From Myxococcota bacterium (GTDB lineage: Bacteria; Myxococcota_A; UBA9160; UBA6930), in contig OZ245002.1 in assembly GCA_965223415.1 (NCBI GenBank), forward strand, positions 2,016,001-2,080,000: DNA of 64,000 nucleotides. Reading direction: 5' to 3'. The translations under genes were made by a program, and so were the position numbers. Positions within the stretch are counted from its first letter, which is position 1. The number at the start of each line of letters is the position of its first letter. The notes below the pieces were generated by a model. That model was not told the DNA's origin. It searched no databases and worked only from the letters and a program-made list of their open reading frames with translations. This document shows positions 50,093-59,318 of this stretch, piece after piece.

Positions 50093-51088
50093 TCAACCCT
50101 TCGTGGCGAAGAATTTCTCGCCAAGGAAGTCCTGGTCGTGGCGGAGCATGCCGTAGATGGCGTGGAGCAGCTTCCGCATGACGGCGACGAGTGCTTGCAT
50201 CTTGGTTTTGCCCTTGGAGAGCAGCTTCTCGTAGAAGGCCTTCACGTTCGGTTCCCAGCGTGCAGCGACCATCGCAGGAAGAAAGAGTGCGCGGCGAAGG
50301 TGGGCGTTGCCGGTCTTGCTGATGCGAGCTGGCTTGTGCACAGAGGTGCCCGATTGAAACTGTCGGGGGTCGAGGCCCGCATGCGCGACCCATTGCCGGG
50401 TCGTCATGTCCTTGGGCAAGGTGCCTAGCTCGGCGAGCAACTGGATGCCGGCTGCGTCGGCGATACCCTTGATCGATGTGATGTGGCCGAAGTCTCTGGC
50501 GAGCTCGGGGCTCTGCTCGATCACCTTCAACGCTTGCTTGCGCAGCCGATCGATTCGCCCCTCCAGGAGCTCGATCAGTTCGCGGATGTCTTGCTTCACG
50601 AACTCACTGAGCTCCTCGCTCTGGTCGTTGGCATGGAGCCGGTTCTTCTCCTGCGTCACGGTCTTGCTCAGAGCCTCCACGCGGCGGGAGAGGGCCCGTA
50701 CCTCCAGAATTCGGGGGTCCGGCGGAGTCCAGGCGGAAAACTCCATGCGCATTCCGAACTCGAGAATCGTTTCCGCATCGAGCGCATCCGTCTTGGAGCG
50801 TTGAAGCGATGCCTTGGCGAACGCGGCAATGGCCCGCGGGTTCGCCACCATCACCTGGGACGCCTTCGCACGGTGAAGCGCGAACGCGAGGTCGAGGCCG
50901 TACACCCCGGTCGATTCCAGGACGACGCGCGCCGTCGCATTCCCCTTCGTGGCCCACCGAATCAGCCTCTGGTGGCCCTTGGGATCGTTCGCAAAGACCA
51001 GCCCGCCCTCGCGAGTTCCGTTCCGGTCGATGGCGACGACGAGCTCCTTCGCCCCGACGTCCACGCCCACGTAATGACACTTCTTCAA
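50093..51088 (-). CDS. IS110 DEDD recombinase
   Basis: VGVDVG, VLESTG, KTDALDA, FQSGTS, ISKTGNAHLRRAL, AVMRKL; TTG start after GGAGGAG. Confidence 0.95.
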   Translation of the reverse strand: MKKCHYVGVDVGAKELVVAIDRNGTREGGLVFANDPKGHQRLIRWATKGNATARVVLESTGVYGLDLAFALHRAKASQVMVANPRAIAAFAKASLQRSKTDALDAETILEFGMRMEFSAWTPPDPRILEVRALSRRVEALSKTVTQEKNRLHANDQSEELSEFVKQDIRELIELLEGRIDRLRKQALKVIEQSPELARDFGHITSIKGIADAAGIQLLAELGTLPKDMTTRQWVAHAGLDPRQFQSGTSVHKPARISKTGNAHLRRALFLPAMVAARWEPNVKAFYEKLLSKGKTKMQALVAVMRKLLHAIYGMLRHDQDFLGEKFFATKG

Positions 51089-51099
51089 GGTCTCTCCTC

Positions 51100-51300
51100 C
51101 CCGTGATAAGCTGGGACCCGGGTCTCCCGACCCTGCACATTCACCTACGGACCTTGTAGACGCAGGCTCTCGGGCCTCGGATACTCCACGGCATGGGTGA
51201 CGAGGGCGGGAGGCCCATCTAACGGACAAGCTCTCTGGCTTCAGGCAGCGACGGCCTTTCCCGGGAACCCATCTCGGAGTCTCACTCAGGCCCGAAGAGC
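51100..51300 (-). ncRNA. Predicted bridge RNA (boundaries approximate)
   Basis: Contains guides matching target (GCUGCCU, GUCCGUUAG) and donor (GGAGUAUC, UACAAG), each pair separated by a short hairpin. Confidence 0.85.
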
Positions 51301-51324
51301 CTGCTCAGAGGTACAAGGCGGCTC

Positions 51325-51711
51325 ATGCGGAGTTCGTTGCTTGCACTTGCGGTTCTGCTGACGGCTTGTAGCGATCCTTGGGAGTGCAAACTCGACCTCC
51401 GAGAACAGCTATCGGAGATCTCCACAACGGAGGTGCGTCTCCGCGACGTCACCGATTTCGATTGGACCACGGTGAGCGTCTTCGGCCCTTACACTCCCGG
51501 CGAGGAGATTAGGAAGCTCGGCGTCACCTATGAACCATCTCCCCTGGGGTTCGATCACGTACCTGAGTCTGCTGCCGAGCTCGTCTTCCTAAGCGAGGAT
51601 CAGCCGGTCTGTCGGCATACATGGTTTCACCATGACTCACGATACAGCTTCCGTGCCTGGGAAGAGTTCGATCCAACAGATCCCGTCTTGGTTCCCTATC
51701 GAACTCCCTAA
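51325..51711 (+). CDS. Cassette 2: hypothetical lipoprotein
   Basis: Lipobox LTAC, DFDWTTVSVFGPY; cassette ends GTTAGGCGGC (reconstructed) / GCCGCCTAAC are complementary. Confidence 0.8.
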   Translation: MRSSLLALAVLLTACSDPWECKLDLREQLSEISTTEVRLRDVTDFDWTTVSVFGPYTPGEEIRKLGVTYEPSPLGFDHVPESAAELVFLSEDQPVCRHTWFHHDSRYSFRAWEEFDPTDPVLVPYRTP

Positions 51712-52343
51712 GCATCTGAACGATCCGGCTGATGGTTGACAGAAGTCCAGGTACATCCTTTACACGCCTGTGATCGTTCCGGTTCGCTGATCGTACCTTC
51801 CGAGGAGGGTGCGGTAGTAGATGATGTTCCAGAGCCCGTCGCCGATCTCTTCGAGTCCGATGGTCTCGCCGGCCAGGGCATGGGAGAGAAACGGCAGCCG
51901 GGGCTGCATGCGGAAGGTGCCGGCGTTGTTGACGCGTCGCACCTCGAGGTGGGCCGGATACTCGGGCTCGGGGAGACTCTCTGGGTAGCTGCGCTTGGCC
52001 GGGCTCCAGAGCTCGTCCGGGACCTGATCGCCGATGCCTTCGTGGGGCCGCTCGGCGTTGTAGCGGTCGCGAAAGCGGTCGAAGCGCCGCTGCTGGGATC
52101 GTCGGGTGGCTGCCGGAGGCCGAGCCGTCTCCTTCTTCAGCTCGCGGTGCATCCGTTCGTGAGCTCCGTTCTCCTGCGGGCTCGCGGGTCGGATCCGTTG
52201 GTGGACGATGCCGAGCTTCATCCACCAGACGTTCAGCTCGCAGAGGCCGTGGATGCCGGTTGTCGCAGGACGTGATATTCGAGGGCTAAGAGGACACGTA
52301 GATTTGCGCACCTCCTGTTGAGCCGCTGCGCGGCACGTTCCCC

Positions 52344-53630
52344 GTGAGGGAGGGGGGCGTGGGGCAGCGGCGACTGAGGCAGGAGGAAGTGATGACGATC
52401 GAAGTGCTGCACGAGCGGGGGTGCTCGAACCGGGAGATCGCCCGCCAGCTGGGGATCCGGGAGAGCGCGGTGCGCTACCGGCTGAAGCGGCTGGCGGAGG
52501 GGGCGCGAGACGGCCGGAGCGGGAAGCCCTTCCTGGCCGAGGCGGTCCACGAGGTGATCGCGGAGTGGCTGGAGGCGAGCTCGGGAGGCCGTGGCGTGAA
52601 CCTGCAGGAGCTTCACGAGTTCCTGGTGGAGGAGCACGGGTACACGGGGAGCTCCAAGAGCGTGCAGCGGTACGTGCGGGCCCGGTTCCCGAGACCGAAG
52701 GTGCGGAGCCGGCGTCGGGTGGAGACACCGCCCGGGGCGCAGGGTCAGGTGGACTGGGGCGAGTTTCCGGGCGTGCGGATCGGGGGCCAGGAGGTGGACC
52801 TGCATGCCTTCCACCTGGTGCTCTCGCACTCGCGGCGAGAAGCGGTGGTGTGGTCGGAGCGGGCGGACACGCTGGCGTGGCTGGACGTGCACAACCGGGC
52901 CTTCGAGCGGCTGGGCGGGGTGCCGGCGGTGCTGCGGGTCGACAACGTGAAGACAGCGGTGGCGAAGGGGGCGGGGCCATGGGGGACGGTGAACCCGGCT
53001 TACGCGAGCTATGCCGGGGCCCTTCGCTTCCACGTGGACGCCACCCGTCCCCGCCAGCCGCAGGAGAAGGGGAAGGTGGAGCGTCGGATCCTGGGGCACC
53101 GGCGGGGCTTCGATCCGCGTCGGCGGGAGCACGAGAGCCTGGAGTCGCTGCAAGCGTGGACGGACGGCCAGGTGGCGCGCTCGAGCCACCGGCGGCAGTG
53201 CCCGGCGACGGGCACGACGGTCTTCCAGGCGTGGGAGGCGGAGAAGCCCCATCTCGGGGCCCTGCCCGAGCGGCTTCCCGAGCCCTTCGACCTGGCCGTG
53301 ATGCGACGTGTCGGGCGCGACGCCACGGTGCGCTTCGAGGGGCGTACCTACAGCGTCCCCTTCCGCTTCGTCGAGCAGAGCGTCGAGGTGCGCGGCTGCG
53401 CCCGGCAGGTGCAGGTCTGGGCCGAGGGCTCGGTGGTGGCCGCGCACCCGCGCCACACGCGAAGCCGCCTGCTGCTGGACCCGAGCCACTACGAGGGGCC
53501 GAGCACGGAGGGGGTGGAGGCGCCCGTACCGCTCGGGCGCATGGGTCGACGCCTCCAGGAGCTGTGGGCGATGGAGCCGGAGCAGCGGCCGATCGACCTC
53601 TATGCCGATCTGGCGGAGGTGGCGCGATGA
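52344..53630 (+). CDS. istA: IS21 transposase IstA
   Basis: ETPPGAQGQVDWG, VDNVKT, EKGKVER, YSVP. Confidence 0.92.
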   Translation: MREGGVGQRRLRQEEVMTIEVLHERGCSNREIARQLGIRESAVRYRLKRLAEGARDGRSGKPFLAEAVHEVIAEWLEASSGGRGVNLQELHEFLVEEHGYTGSSKSVQRYVRARFPRPKVRSRRRVETPPGAQGQVDWGEFPGVRIGGQEVDLHAFHLVLSHSRREAVVWSERADTLAWLDVHNRAFERLGGVPAVLRVDNVKTAVAKGAGPWGTVNPAYASYAGALRFHVDATRPRQPQEKGKVERRILGHRRGFDPRRREHESLESLQAWTDGQVARSSHRRQCPATGTTVFQAWEAEKPHLGALPERLPEPFDLAVMRRVGRDATVRFEGRTYSVPFRFVEQSVEVRGCARQVQVWAEGSVVAAHPRHTRSRLLLDPSHYEGPSTEGVEAPVPLGRMGRRLQELWAMEPEQRPIDLYADLAEVAR

Positions 53631-54427
53631 CGGCGGGAAACCCGGTGCCCAAGAAGGGCGGCAAGGTGGATCTCGACCCGACCCGCGAGCGGCTCGTGCG
53701 CCTCGGCCTCCATCACGCGGCCGAGCACATCGGCGAGGAGCTGGCCCGAGCGACCAAGGACGACCTCGTGCCCCACCGCTTCCTCGACCTGCTGCTCGAG
53801 GCCGAGCTGCAGCACCGCGAGGAGCGGAGGATGAAGACCTCGCTCCGTCTCTCGGGCCTTCCCACGGGGCAGACCCTCGGCAACTTCGACTTCGCCTTCC
53901 AGCCGAGTGTGGAGCGGAGCCGGATCGAGACGCTGGGCACCTGCGCGTGGATCCGGGCCAAGGAGAGTCTGCTGATCCAGGGTCCGCCGGGAGTGGGCAA
54001 GACCCACCTGGCGGTGGCCCTGGGGGTGCGGGCCGTGGAGAACGGCTTCTCCGTGGCCTTCCATCGCCTCGAGGACCTGCTGGCGGCCCTCAAGCGCGAC
54101 GCCGAGATCAGCCCGCAACGGCTGCGGCGGCGCAAGCACATGAACGTGGCGCTCCTCGTCATCGACGAGGTCGGCTTCGAGCCCATGACGCGCCAGGAGG
54201 CGAGCCTCTTCTTCCGGCTCGTCTCCTACCGCTATGGGAGGGGCTCGATCCTGATCACCACGAACAAGGGCATCGCCGACTGGCCCGAGGTGCTGGCGGG
54301 CGACGAGGTGCTGGCCACCGCCATCCTCGATCGCCTCCTCCACCACAGCCAGGTGCTCAACATCTCGGGGCGGAGCTACCGGCTCCGCGAGCTCGAGCAG
54401 GCCGCGGGGCAAAGCGCCCAGCGTTGA
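53627..54427 (+). CDS. istB: IS21 helper ATPase IstB
   Basis: FDFAFQP, GPPGVGKT, IDEVG, ILDRLLHH, GRSYR. Confidence 0.93.
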   Translation: MTAGNPVPKKGGKVDLDPTRERLVRLGLHHAAEHIGEELARATKDDLVPHRFLDLLLEAELQHREERRMKTSLRLSGLPTGQTLGNFDFAFQPSVERSRIETLGTCAWIRAKESLLIQGPPGVGKTHLAVALGVRAVENGFSVAFHRLEDLLAALKRDAEISPQRLRRRKHMNVALLVIDEVGFEPMTRQEASLFFRLVSYRYGRGSILITTNKGIADWPEVLAGDEVLATAILDRLLHHSQVLNISGRSYRLRELEQAAGQSAQR

Positions 54428-55339
54428 GGCCCCAGAGGGCGGCCTGACGGCCGTGCTCTCCTTCGGAGAGCGGAAGAGAAGAAGGAAGAACCGAACATCA
54501 ACCCAGGGGGGTGCGCAAAACTAGCCGTCCTCTTAGCGCGCAAGAGATGACGTCCCTCGACACCGGTCGAGGCGAAGGGCGCACCGTTGTCGCTGCGGAT
54601 CGCCTCGGGAAGCCCGACCTCGCGGAACAGCCGTCGGAAGACGGGCTTCGCATGCTCCGTCCTCACGGAGGGCAGCCCTCGGCACACGAGGAGCTTCCGG
54701 CTGAAGTGGTCGGTCACCGTGAGCGGGTAGCAGTAGACGCCTGTCGAGGGACGTCATCTCTTGTGCGAAACTGGCCCTTGAAGTCGACGGGCCAGACCTC
54801 GTTCGGCCGCTCCGTCTGGAGCGGGGCGGCACCCGGATGGTCCCACTTCCGCCGCCGGCGGTTCTTGCGCAGCTTCCCGTGGCGATCGAGGATCGCGTTG
54901 ATCGTGCTCTGGGCCGGCAGCGCTCTTCGCGGGTGCCGCCGGGCCAGCACCAGGCGAAGCTTCTTCGCCCCCCAGCCGTACTGGGCCCGAAGCGCCAGGA
55001 CCTCCCGCTCCACGGCCTCGGGCGTCCGATGCGGGCAGCTCCTGGGCCTTCGCGAGCGCTCCTCGAGGCCCTCGCCCGCCTCGGCCCGCTCGAGCCACTT
55101 GTAGCCCGTGGGCCGGCTGACCCCGTAGCGCTCGCAGAGCTCCTTCATCCCCCACTGGCCGCTCGCATGATCGGCCACGAAGGCCTTCCGCTGTTCCGTC
55201 CGATTCGTTTGCATCCAAGGCATCCCTGGGTGTAAACGATGTACCCGGACTTCTGTAAACCATGTCCCCGGACCGTACCGTCCGCCGCCTAACCAGCGGC
55301 TGCAGCTGACCCGTTTAGGGAGTGTCAACTCCAATGATC

Positions 55340-55550
55340 GCGAAGCACGTGTGGGTCTTGGTGGTGTCCTCCAACGGAATCGGCTTGCGTCCCTGCGGGT
55401 TCGGGTTCAGTCCAAACGCGTTGTCGGCCTCGTGGGCTCAATGAGGGGTTCGGGGCGACGGTGGTGAATCGGGGCCAAGGGCTCATGGGCCGCAGTCAGC
55501 TGCCCGCCTACCGTCTTCGTTGGAACACAAGCGAGAAGGGGTCCTGGGGG
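55340..55550 (-). ncRNA. Predicted seek/bridge RNA of the IS1111-like element (also ~59920-60130)
   Basis: Contains GCAGCUGAC, identical to the attC sequence immediately at the insertion point. Confidence 0.65.
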
Positions 55551-55557
55551 AGCGGGG

Positions 55558-56607
55558 CTACGCCATGCCAAGGCACCTCCGGAGATCGAAGGCCTCGCCG
55601 CGGGTGAGCGTGACCCAGACGCTGACGAGGAGTCTGCGAGCCAAGGCCATGCGGACCTTGTTCTTGTGGACGCGGGTCCGCATCGTCTTCGCCCAGGCAC
55701 GAACCAACGGGTCGTCCTTCATCAGGCGAACCGCCCATTGGCTGACGATCCAGCGGAGCTCGGCCTGGCCTTGGCGGGTCATGCGGCCGTGGTGGGCGTG
55801 GTCGGCTGACTGGTTCACCTTGGGGGTGAAGCCGGCGAAGGCCGAGACCGCACGGGGGCCTCGGAATCGGTGCGGGTCGCCGATCTCGGCGAGCAGCGTG
55901 GCAGCCGATTGCGTCCCGATGCTCGGGAGCTCCTGCTCGAGGGCCTGGACGTCGGGATCCTCTCGCCCGATCCGTCGGATCTCCCGATCGAGAGCCAGCA
56001 CCTGGCCCTGCAGGCTATCGAGCACCTGGAGCAGGGCCTTGAAGGCGGTCTGCATCTCCAGGGTCGGCAGGGTGACGGTGCGGAGCTTCTCCCGGCTCGG
56101 CTTGGTATAGAGCGCGCTCGTGGGAGCGGGAATCCGGTAGGCGTTCAGGAAGCCCCGGAGCTGGTTCACGGCCTGTTGGCGCATCTGGACGAGGCGGTGG
56201 CGGACCCGAAGGAGCTTCCTCCTCCCGTACTCCTCGTCGCTCGGGTAGTAGGTCGTTGCCACCCGATCCAGATCACCGAGCCAGAGCCGGCGTGCAATCT
56301 CGGCTGCATCTCGCCGGTCCGTCTTCTTGCCGAGCTTCTTCAGGTCGAGCTTGCGCGGATCACAGACCAGAACGTCGAGCTGCGCCTCTCGGCAGGCGTT
56401 GACGAACCACCGGTTGAGGCCCAACGCCTCGACGGCTACGCGGCAATGGGGTCCGAAGAACTTCAGCCGCTCCACGACCCCGAGGCCCTGTTCAAGGCTC
56501 TCGGAGCGGATCCTCTCCTCGGCGATCTTCTCACCCCGCGCATCCAGCACGCAGATCTGGATCACGGTGCGATGCAAGTCGATCCCAGCGAAGTACTCTG
56601 TCGTCAT
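55558..56607 (-). CDS. IS110/IS1111 DEDD recombinase
   Basis: GIDLH, VEALG, KTDRRDA, NQSAD, ALARRL; same 349-aa protein as 60139-61188. Confidence 0.92.
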   Translation of the reverse strand: MTTEYFAGIDLHRTVIQICVLDARGEKIAEERIRSESLEQGLGVVERLKFFGPHCRVAVEALGLNRWFVNACREAQLDVLVCDPRKLDLKKLGKKTDRRDAAEIARRLWLGDLDRVATTYYPSDEEYGRRKLLRVRHRLVQMRQQAVNQLRGFLNAYRIPAPTSALYTKPSREKLRTVTLPTLEMQTAFKALLQVLDSLQGQVLALDREIRRIGREDPDVQALEQELPSIGTQSAATLLAEIGDPHRFRGPRAVSAFAGFTPKVNQSADHAHHGRMTRQGQAELRWIVSQWAVRLMKDDPLVRAWAKTMRTRVHKNKVRMALARRLLVSVWVTLTRGEAFDLRRCLGMA

Positions 56608-56765
56608 GGTCAGTCTCCTTGGGGAGTGTTTGTTGGAACACAGCCAAGGTGGCTGTTCCTCGGTGGACACCCAAAACCGGCCATAGAAGGACGTCTGAAA
56701 AGCGGCCATAGGGGCTGACGCCCAGGACGTTGACGACGGCGAGGGACCTGCGATCCCCCGCCGCC

Positions 56766-58355
56766 ATGGCGAACCTTCTGGGCAACGAGAAACGCGAGCA
56801 GATTCTGGCACTTGGCCGCCTCGGCTGGTCGCTTCGGCGGATCGAGGAGGCGACGGGCGTGCGCCGGGAGACGGCGAGCCGTTACCTCCGGGCCGCGGGG
56901 ATCGCGGTGCGATCTCCTGGTCGCTGGGGGCACGGGGCCCCAAACCCGGCCATAGAGGCGTCCACCGACTCGAAGGCCCCGGCAAAAGCGGCCAAAGAGG
57001 CGTCCACCGATCCGGCCTGGCCGCCGATGCCGGGCCGGAGCCCCCAGGCCAGCGCCTGCGAGCCCTACCGCGAGTGGATCGAGGCGGGCGTGCGCCAGGG
57101 CCGGACGGCGATGGCGATCTGGCAGGACCTAGTCGATGACCACGGCTTCGCCTTCAGCTATGCGAGTGTGAAGCGCTTCGTGGCGAAGCAGCGAGCCGCG
57201 GCGCCGCGCGAGGCGCACCCGGTGATCGAGACGGCACCGGGAGAAGAGGGCCAGGTCGACTACGGCGACGGGCCGATGGTGCGGCATCCCGGGTCGGGGA
57301 AGTACCGGCGCACGAGGCTGTTCGTCTTCACCCTGGGCTACAGCCGCAAGTGCGTTCGGCTGCTCGTGTGGAAGTCGAGCAGCCAGGTCTGGTCGGAGCT
57401 GCACGAGAAGGCCTTCCGCCGGCTGGGCGGTGCACCGCGCACCGTCGTCCTCGACAACCTCAAGGAGGGCGTTCTCAAGCCCGACGTCTACGACCCCGCG
57501 CTCAACCCCCTCTACCGCGATGTGCTCGCCCACTACGGCGTGACGGCGCTTCCGTGCCGGGTGCGCCACCCCGATCGCAAGGGGAAGGTCGAGTCCGGGG
57601 TGCGCCACGCGCAGCAGAAGGTCCGCGGGATGCGCTTCGAGTCGCTCGAGCAGGCCCAGGCCTACCTCGACCGCTGGGAGCGCCGATGGGCCGACACCCG
57701 CATCCACGGCACGACCAAGCGCCAGGTGGCGGCGATGTACGAAGAGGAGAAGCCGCACCTGCTCGGGCTTCCCATCGAGCCCTTCCGCTACTACCAGCAC
57801 GGCGAGCGCACGGTGCACCTCGACGGGGCCATCGAGGTGGAGGGGGCCTACTACCACGCGCCGCCGGGCTGGCTGGGGCGGCGGGTGGCCGTCCAATGGG
57901 ACGGGCTGCGGGTGCGGATGCTCGATCTGCAGACGGGGGAGCTGCTGCGCGAGCACGTCCGCCAGAGGCGGGGGCGCCGCAGGATGCGGGAGGAGGACCG
58001 CCCGAAGCGGACGCCGGCCACGACCCTCCAGCTGCTCGCGCGGGCCCGGCGCGCCGGCGTCCACGTGGGCGAGGTGTGTGAGGCGATCCATCGCCTGGAC
58101 GGCGAGCCCGGGGTGCGTCGCATCCTGGGCGTGCTCTCCCTGTGCAAGCGCCACGGCATCCCTCGCGTCGACGATGCCTGCGCCACCGCCCTGGCCCTCG
58201 AGCTGCCCACCTACGCGTTCGTCAAGCGCTACCTGGAGCGTCAGCCCGAGCTGCCGCTCTCGCTCAAGCAGGTGGACCCGCTCATCCGCCAGCTCACCCA
58301 CTACCGCGATCTCATCGATCGCCGCACCGAGGAGACCTCTCGTGAATCTGACTGA
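56766..58355 (+). CDS. istA: IS21 transposase IstA
   Basis: ETAPGEEGQVDYG, LDNLKEG, DRKGKVESG, RIHGTT. Confidence 0.92.
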   Translation: MANLLGNEKREQILALGRLGWSLRRIEEATGVRRETASRYLRAAGIAVRSPGRWGHGAPNPAIEASTDSKAPAKAAKEASTDPAWPPMPGRSPQASACEPYREWIEAGVRQGRTAMAIWQDLVDDHGFAFSYASVKRFVAKQRAAAPREAHPVIETAPGEEGQVDYGDGPMVRHPGSGKYRRTRLFVFTLGYSRKCVRLLVWKSSSQVWSELHEKAFRRLGGAPRTVVLDNLKEGVLKPDVYDPALNPLYRDVLAHYGVTALPCRVRHPDRKGKVESGVRHAQQKVRGMRFESLEQAQAYLDRWERRWADTRIHGTTKRQVAAMYEEEKPHLLGLPIEPFRYYQHGERTVHLDGAIEVEGAYYHAPPGWLGRRVAVQWDGLRVRMLDLQTGELLREHVRQRRGRRRMREEDRPKRTPATTLQLLARARRAGVHVGEVCEAIHRLDGEPGVRRILGVLSLCKRHGIPRVDDACATALALELPTYAFVKRYLERQPELPLSLKQVDPLIRQLTHYRDLIDRRTEETSRESD

Positions 58356-59103
58356 ACTCGATCCCGCACTGCGCAAGCTCCGGCTCTCGGGCATGGCCGA
58401 GCATCTGGAGATGCGGCTCCTCGAAGCCCAGAAGGGCGAGTGGGCGGCCATCGACCTGCTCTCGGCGCTCGTCCAGGACGAGCTCGAGCGCCGGCAGGAC
58501 CGACTGCTGGCCCGGCGCATCAAGCAGGCCCGCTTCCGCGACGCCAACCGGACCCTCAACGGCTTCGACTTCCGCTTCAATACGAAGATCGATCGCGCCC
58601 TGGTCTTCGAGCTCGCCACGGGCCGCTTCCTCGAGCAAGCCGAGGACGCTGTCTTCCTCGGCCCGCCGGGCACGGGCAAGAGCCATCTCGCCCAGGCGAT
58701 CGGCCTCGCCGTCATCCACCAGGGCCATCGCGTCGCCTACCGCGAGGTCCACGTCCTCCTCGAGGAACTCGCTGATGCGACCCTCGACGGCACCCGCAAG
58801 GAGTACCTGGCCGAGATCGCGAGAGTGCCGCTGCTCATCCTCGACGACCTCGGCATGCGCAAGCTCCCCACCACGGCCGCCGAGGACCTCCTCGAGCTGA
58901 TCATGCGCCGCTACGAGCGCACCAGCACCCTCGTCACCTCGAACCGACCCGTCGACGACTGGGGCCGGCTCCTCGGCGACACGGCAGCCGTCACCGCCAT
59001 GCTCGACCGCCTCCTCCACCACGGCCACCTGCTCAAGTGCGGACCCCGCAGCTGGCGCACCAAGAAGACCACCGCCTTGCCGAAGGAGGCCCCGGCGCGG
59101 TAG
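58342..59103 (+). CDS. istB: IS21 helper ATPase IstB
   Basis: FDFRFN, GPPGTGKS, LDDLG, MLDRLLHH, PRSWR. Confidence 0.93.
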   Translation: MNLTELDPALRKLRLSGMAEHLEMRLLEAQKGEWAAIDLLSALVQDELERRQDRLLARRIKQARFRDANRTLNGFDFRFNTKIDRALVFELATGRFLEQAEDAVFLGPPGTGKSHLAQAIGLAVIHQGHRVAYREVHVLLEELADATLDGTRKEYLAEIARVPLLILDDLGMRKLPTTAAEDLLELIMRRYERTSTLVTSNRPVDDWGRLLGDTAAVTAMLDRLLHHGHLLKCGPRSWRTKKTTALPKEAPAR

Positions 59104-59318
59104 AACCCCTCTGTCCTGGGCGCGGCCCTTTGGCCGCCTTTGAGACGTCCACCTTTGGCCGGTTTTCAGACGTCCACCGAGGGCTGTTCTCCAAGGAGCT
59201 GACCTCCCTATACCCTCCGGGCACCCGCGCGTTCCAACCGGGGCGTGGTACCCTTAGGGTTCCACTCAGGCGCCTCAGCGAGCCTCGGGGCCGGCCCGGC
59301 AGCTGAGCCGCCTGTCCG

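Larger units (their letters stand above)
50078..51317 (-). mobile_element. IS110-family (IS621-like) element inserted in the attC R' core
   Basis: No TIRs; junctions CCGTT-AG|ATACTCC and GGTACA-AG|GCGGCTC share a 2-bp core (CT in element orientation). Confidence 0.92.
52261..54562 (+). mobile_element. IS21-family element A
   Basis: Ends TGTCG...CGACA, 5-bp TSD CCGGT on both sides, istA-istB. Confidence 0.93.
51760..55223 (-). pseudogene. IS481 transposase in three pieces
   Basis: MPWMQT..GVSRPTGYKW..WPVDFKG (55223 to ~54760); TDHFSR..IRSDNG (~54740-54563); PQENGAHERMHR..YNAERPHE (52260-51760). Confidence 0.88.
51717..55279 (-). mobile_element. IS481-family element, interrupted by an IS21
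   Basis: ~50-bp imperfect TIR (ATGGTTGACAGAAGTCCAGGTACATCCTTTACAC / GTGTAAACGATGTACCCGGACTTCTGTAAACCAT); no clear TSD. Confidence 0.85.
56659..59181 (+). mobile_element. IS21-family element B
   Basis: Ends CTCGGTGGAC...GTCCACCGAG with iterated GGCCA repeats; GGCTGTTC duplicated relative to the intact copy at ~61232. Confidence 0.92.
55312..59216 (-). mobile_element. IS1111-like (IS110 superfamily) element, copy 1, interrupted by IS21 B
   Basis: Sub-terminal IRs TAGGGAGTGTCAACTCC / GGAGCTGACCTCCCTA, CC core at both junctions, long non-coding region 3' of the transposase. Confidence 0.9.

Noticed and set aside
55309..59215. ACCC as a 4-bp target duplication of the IS1111-like element
   Set aside because: A CC core restores attC pairing and gives a 17-bp-spaced junction promoter; the ACCC reading does neither
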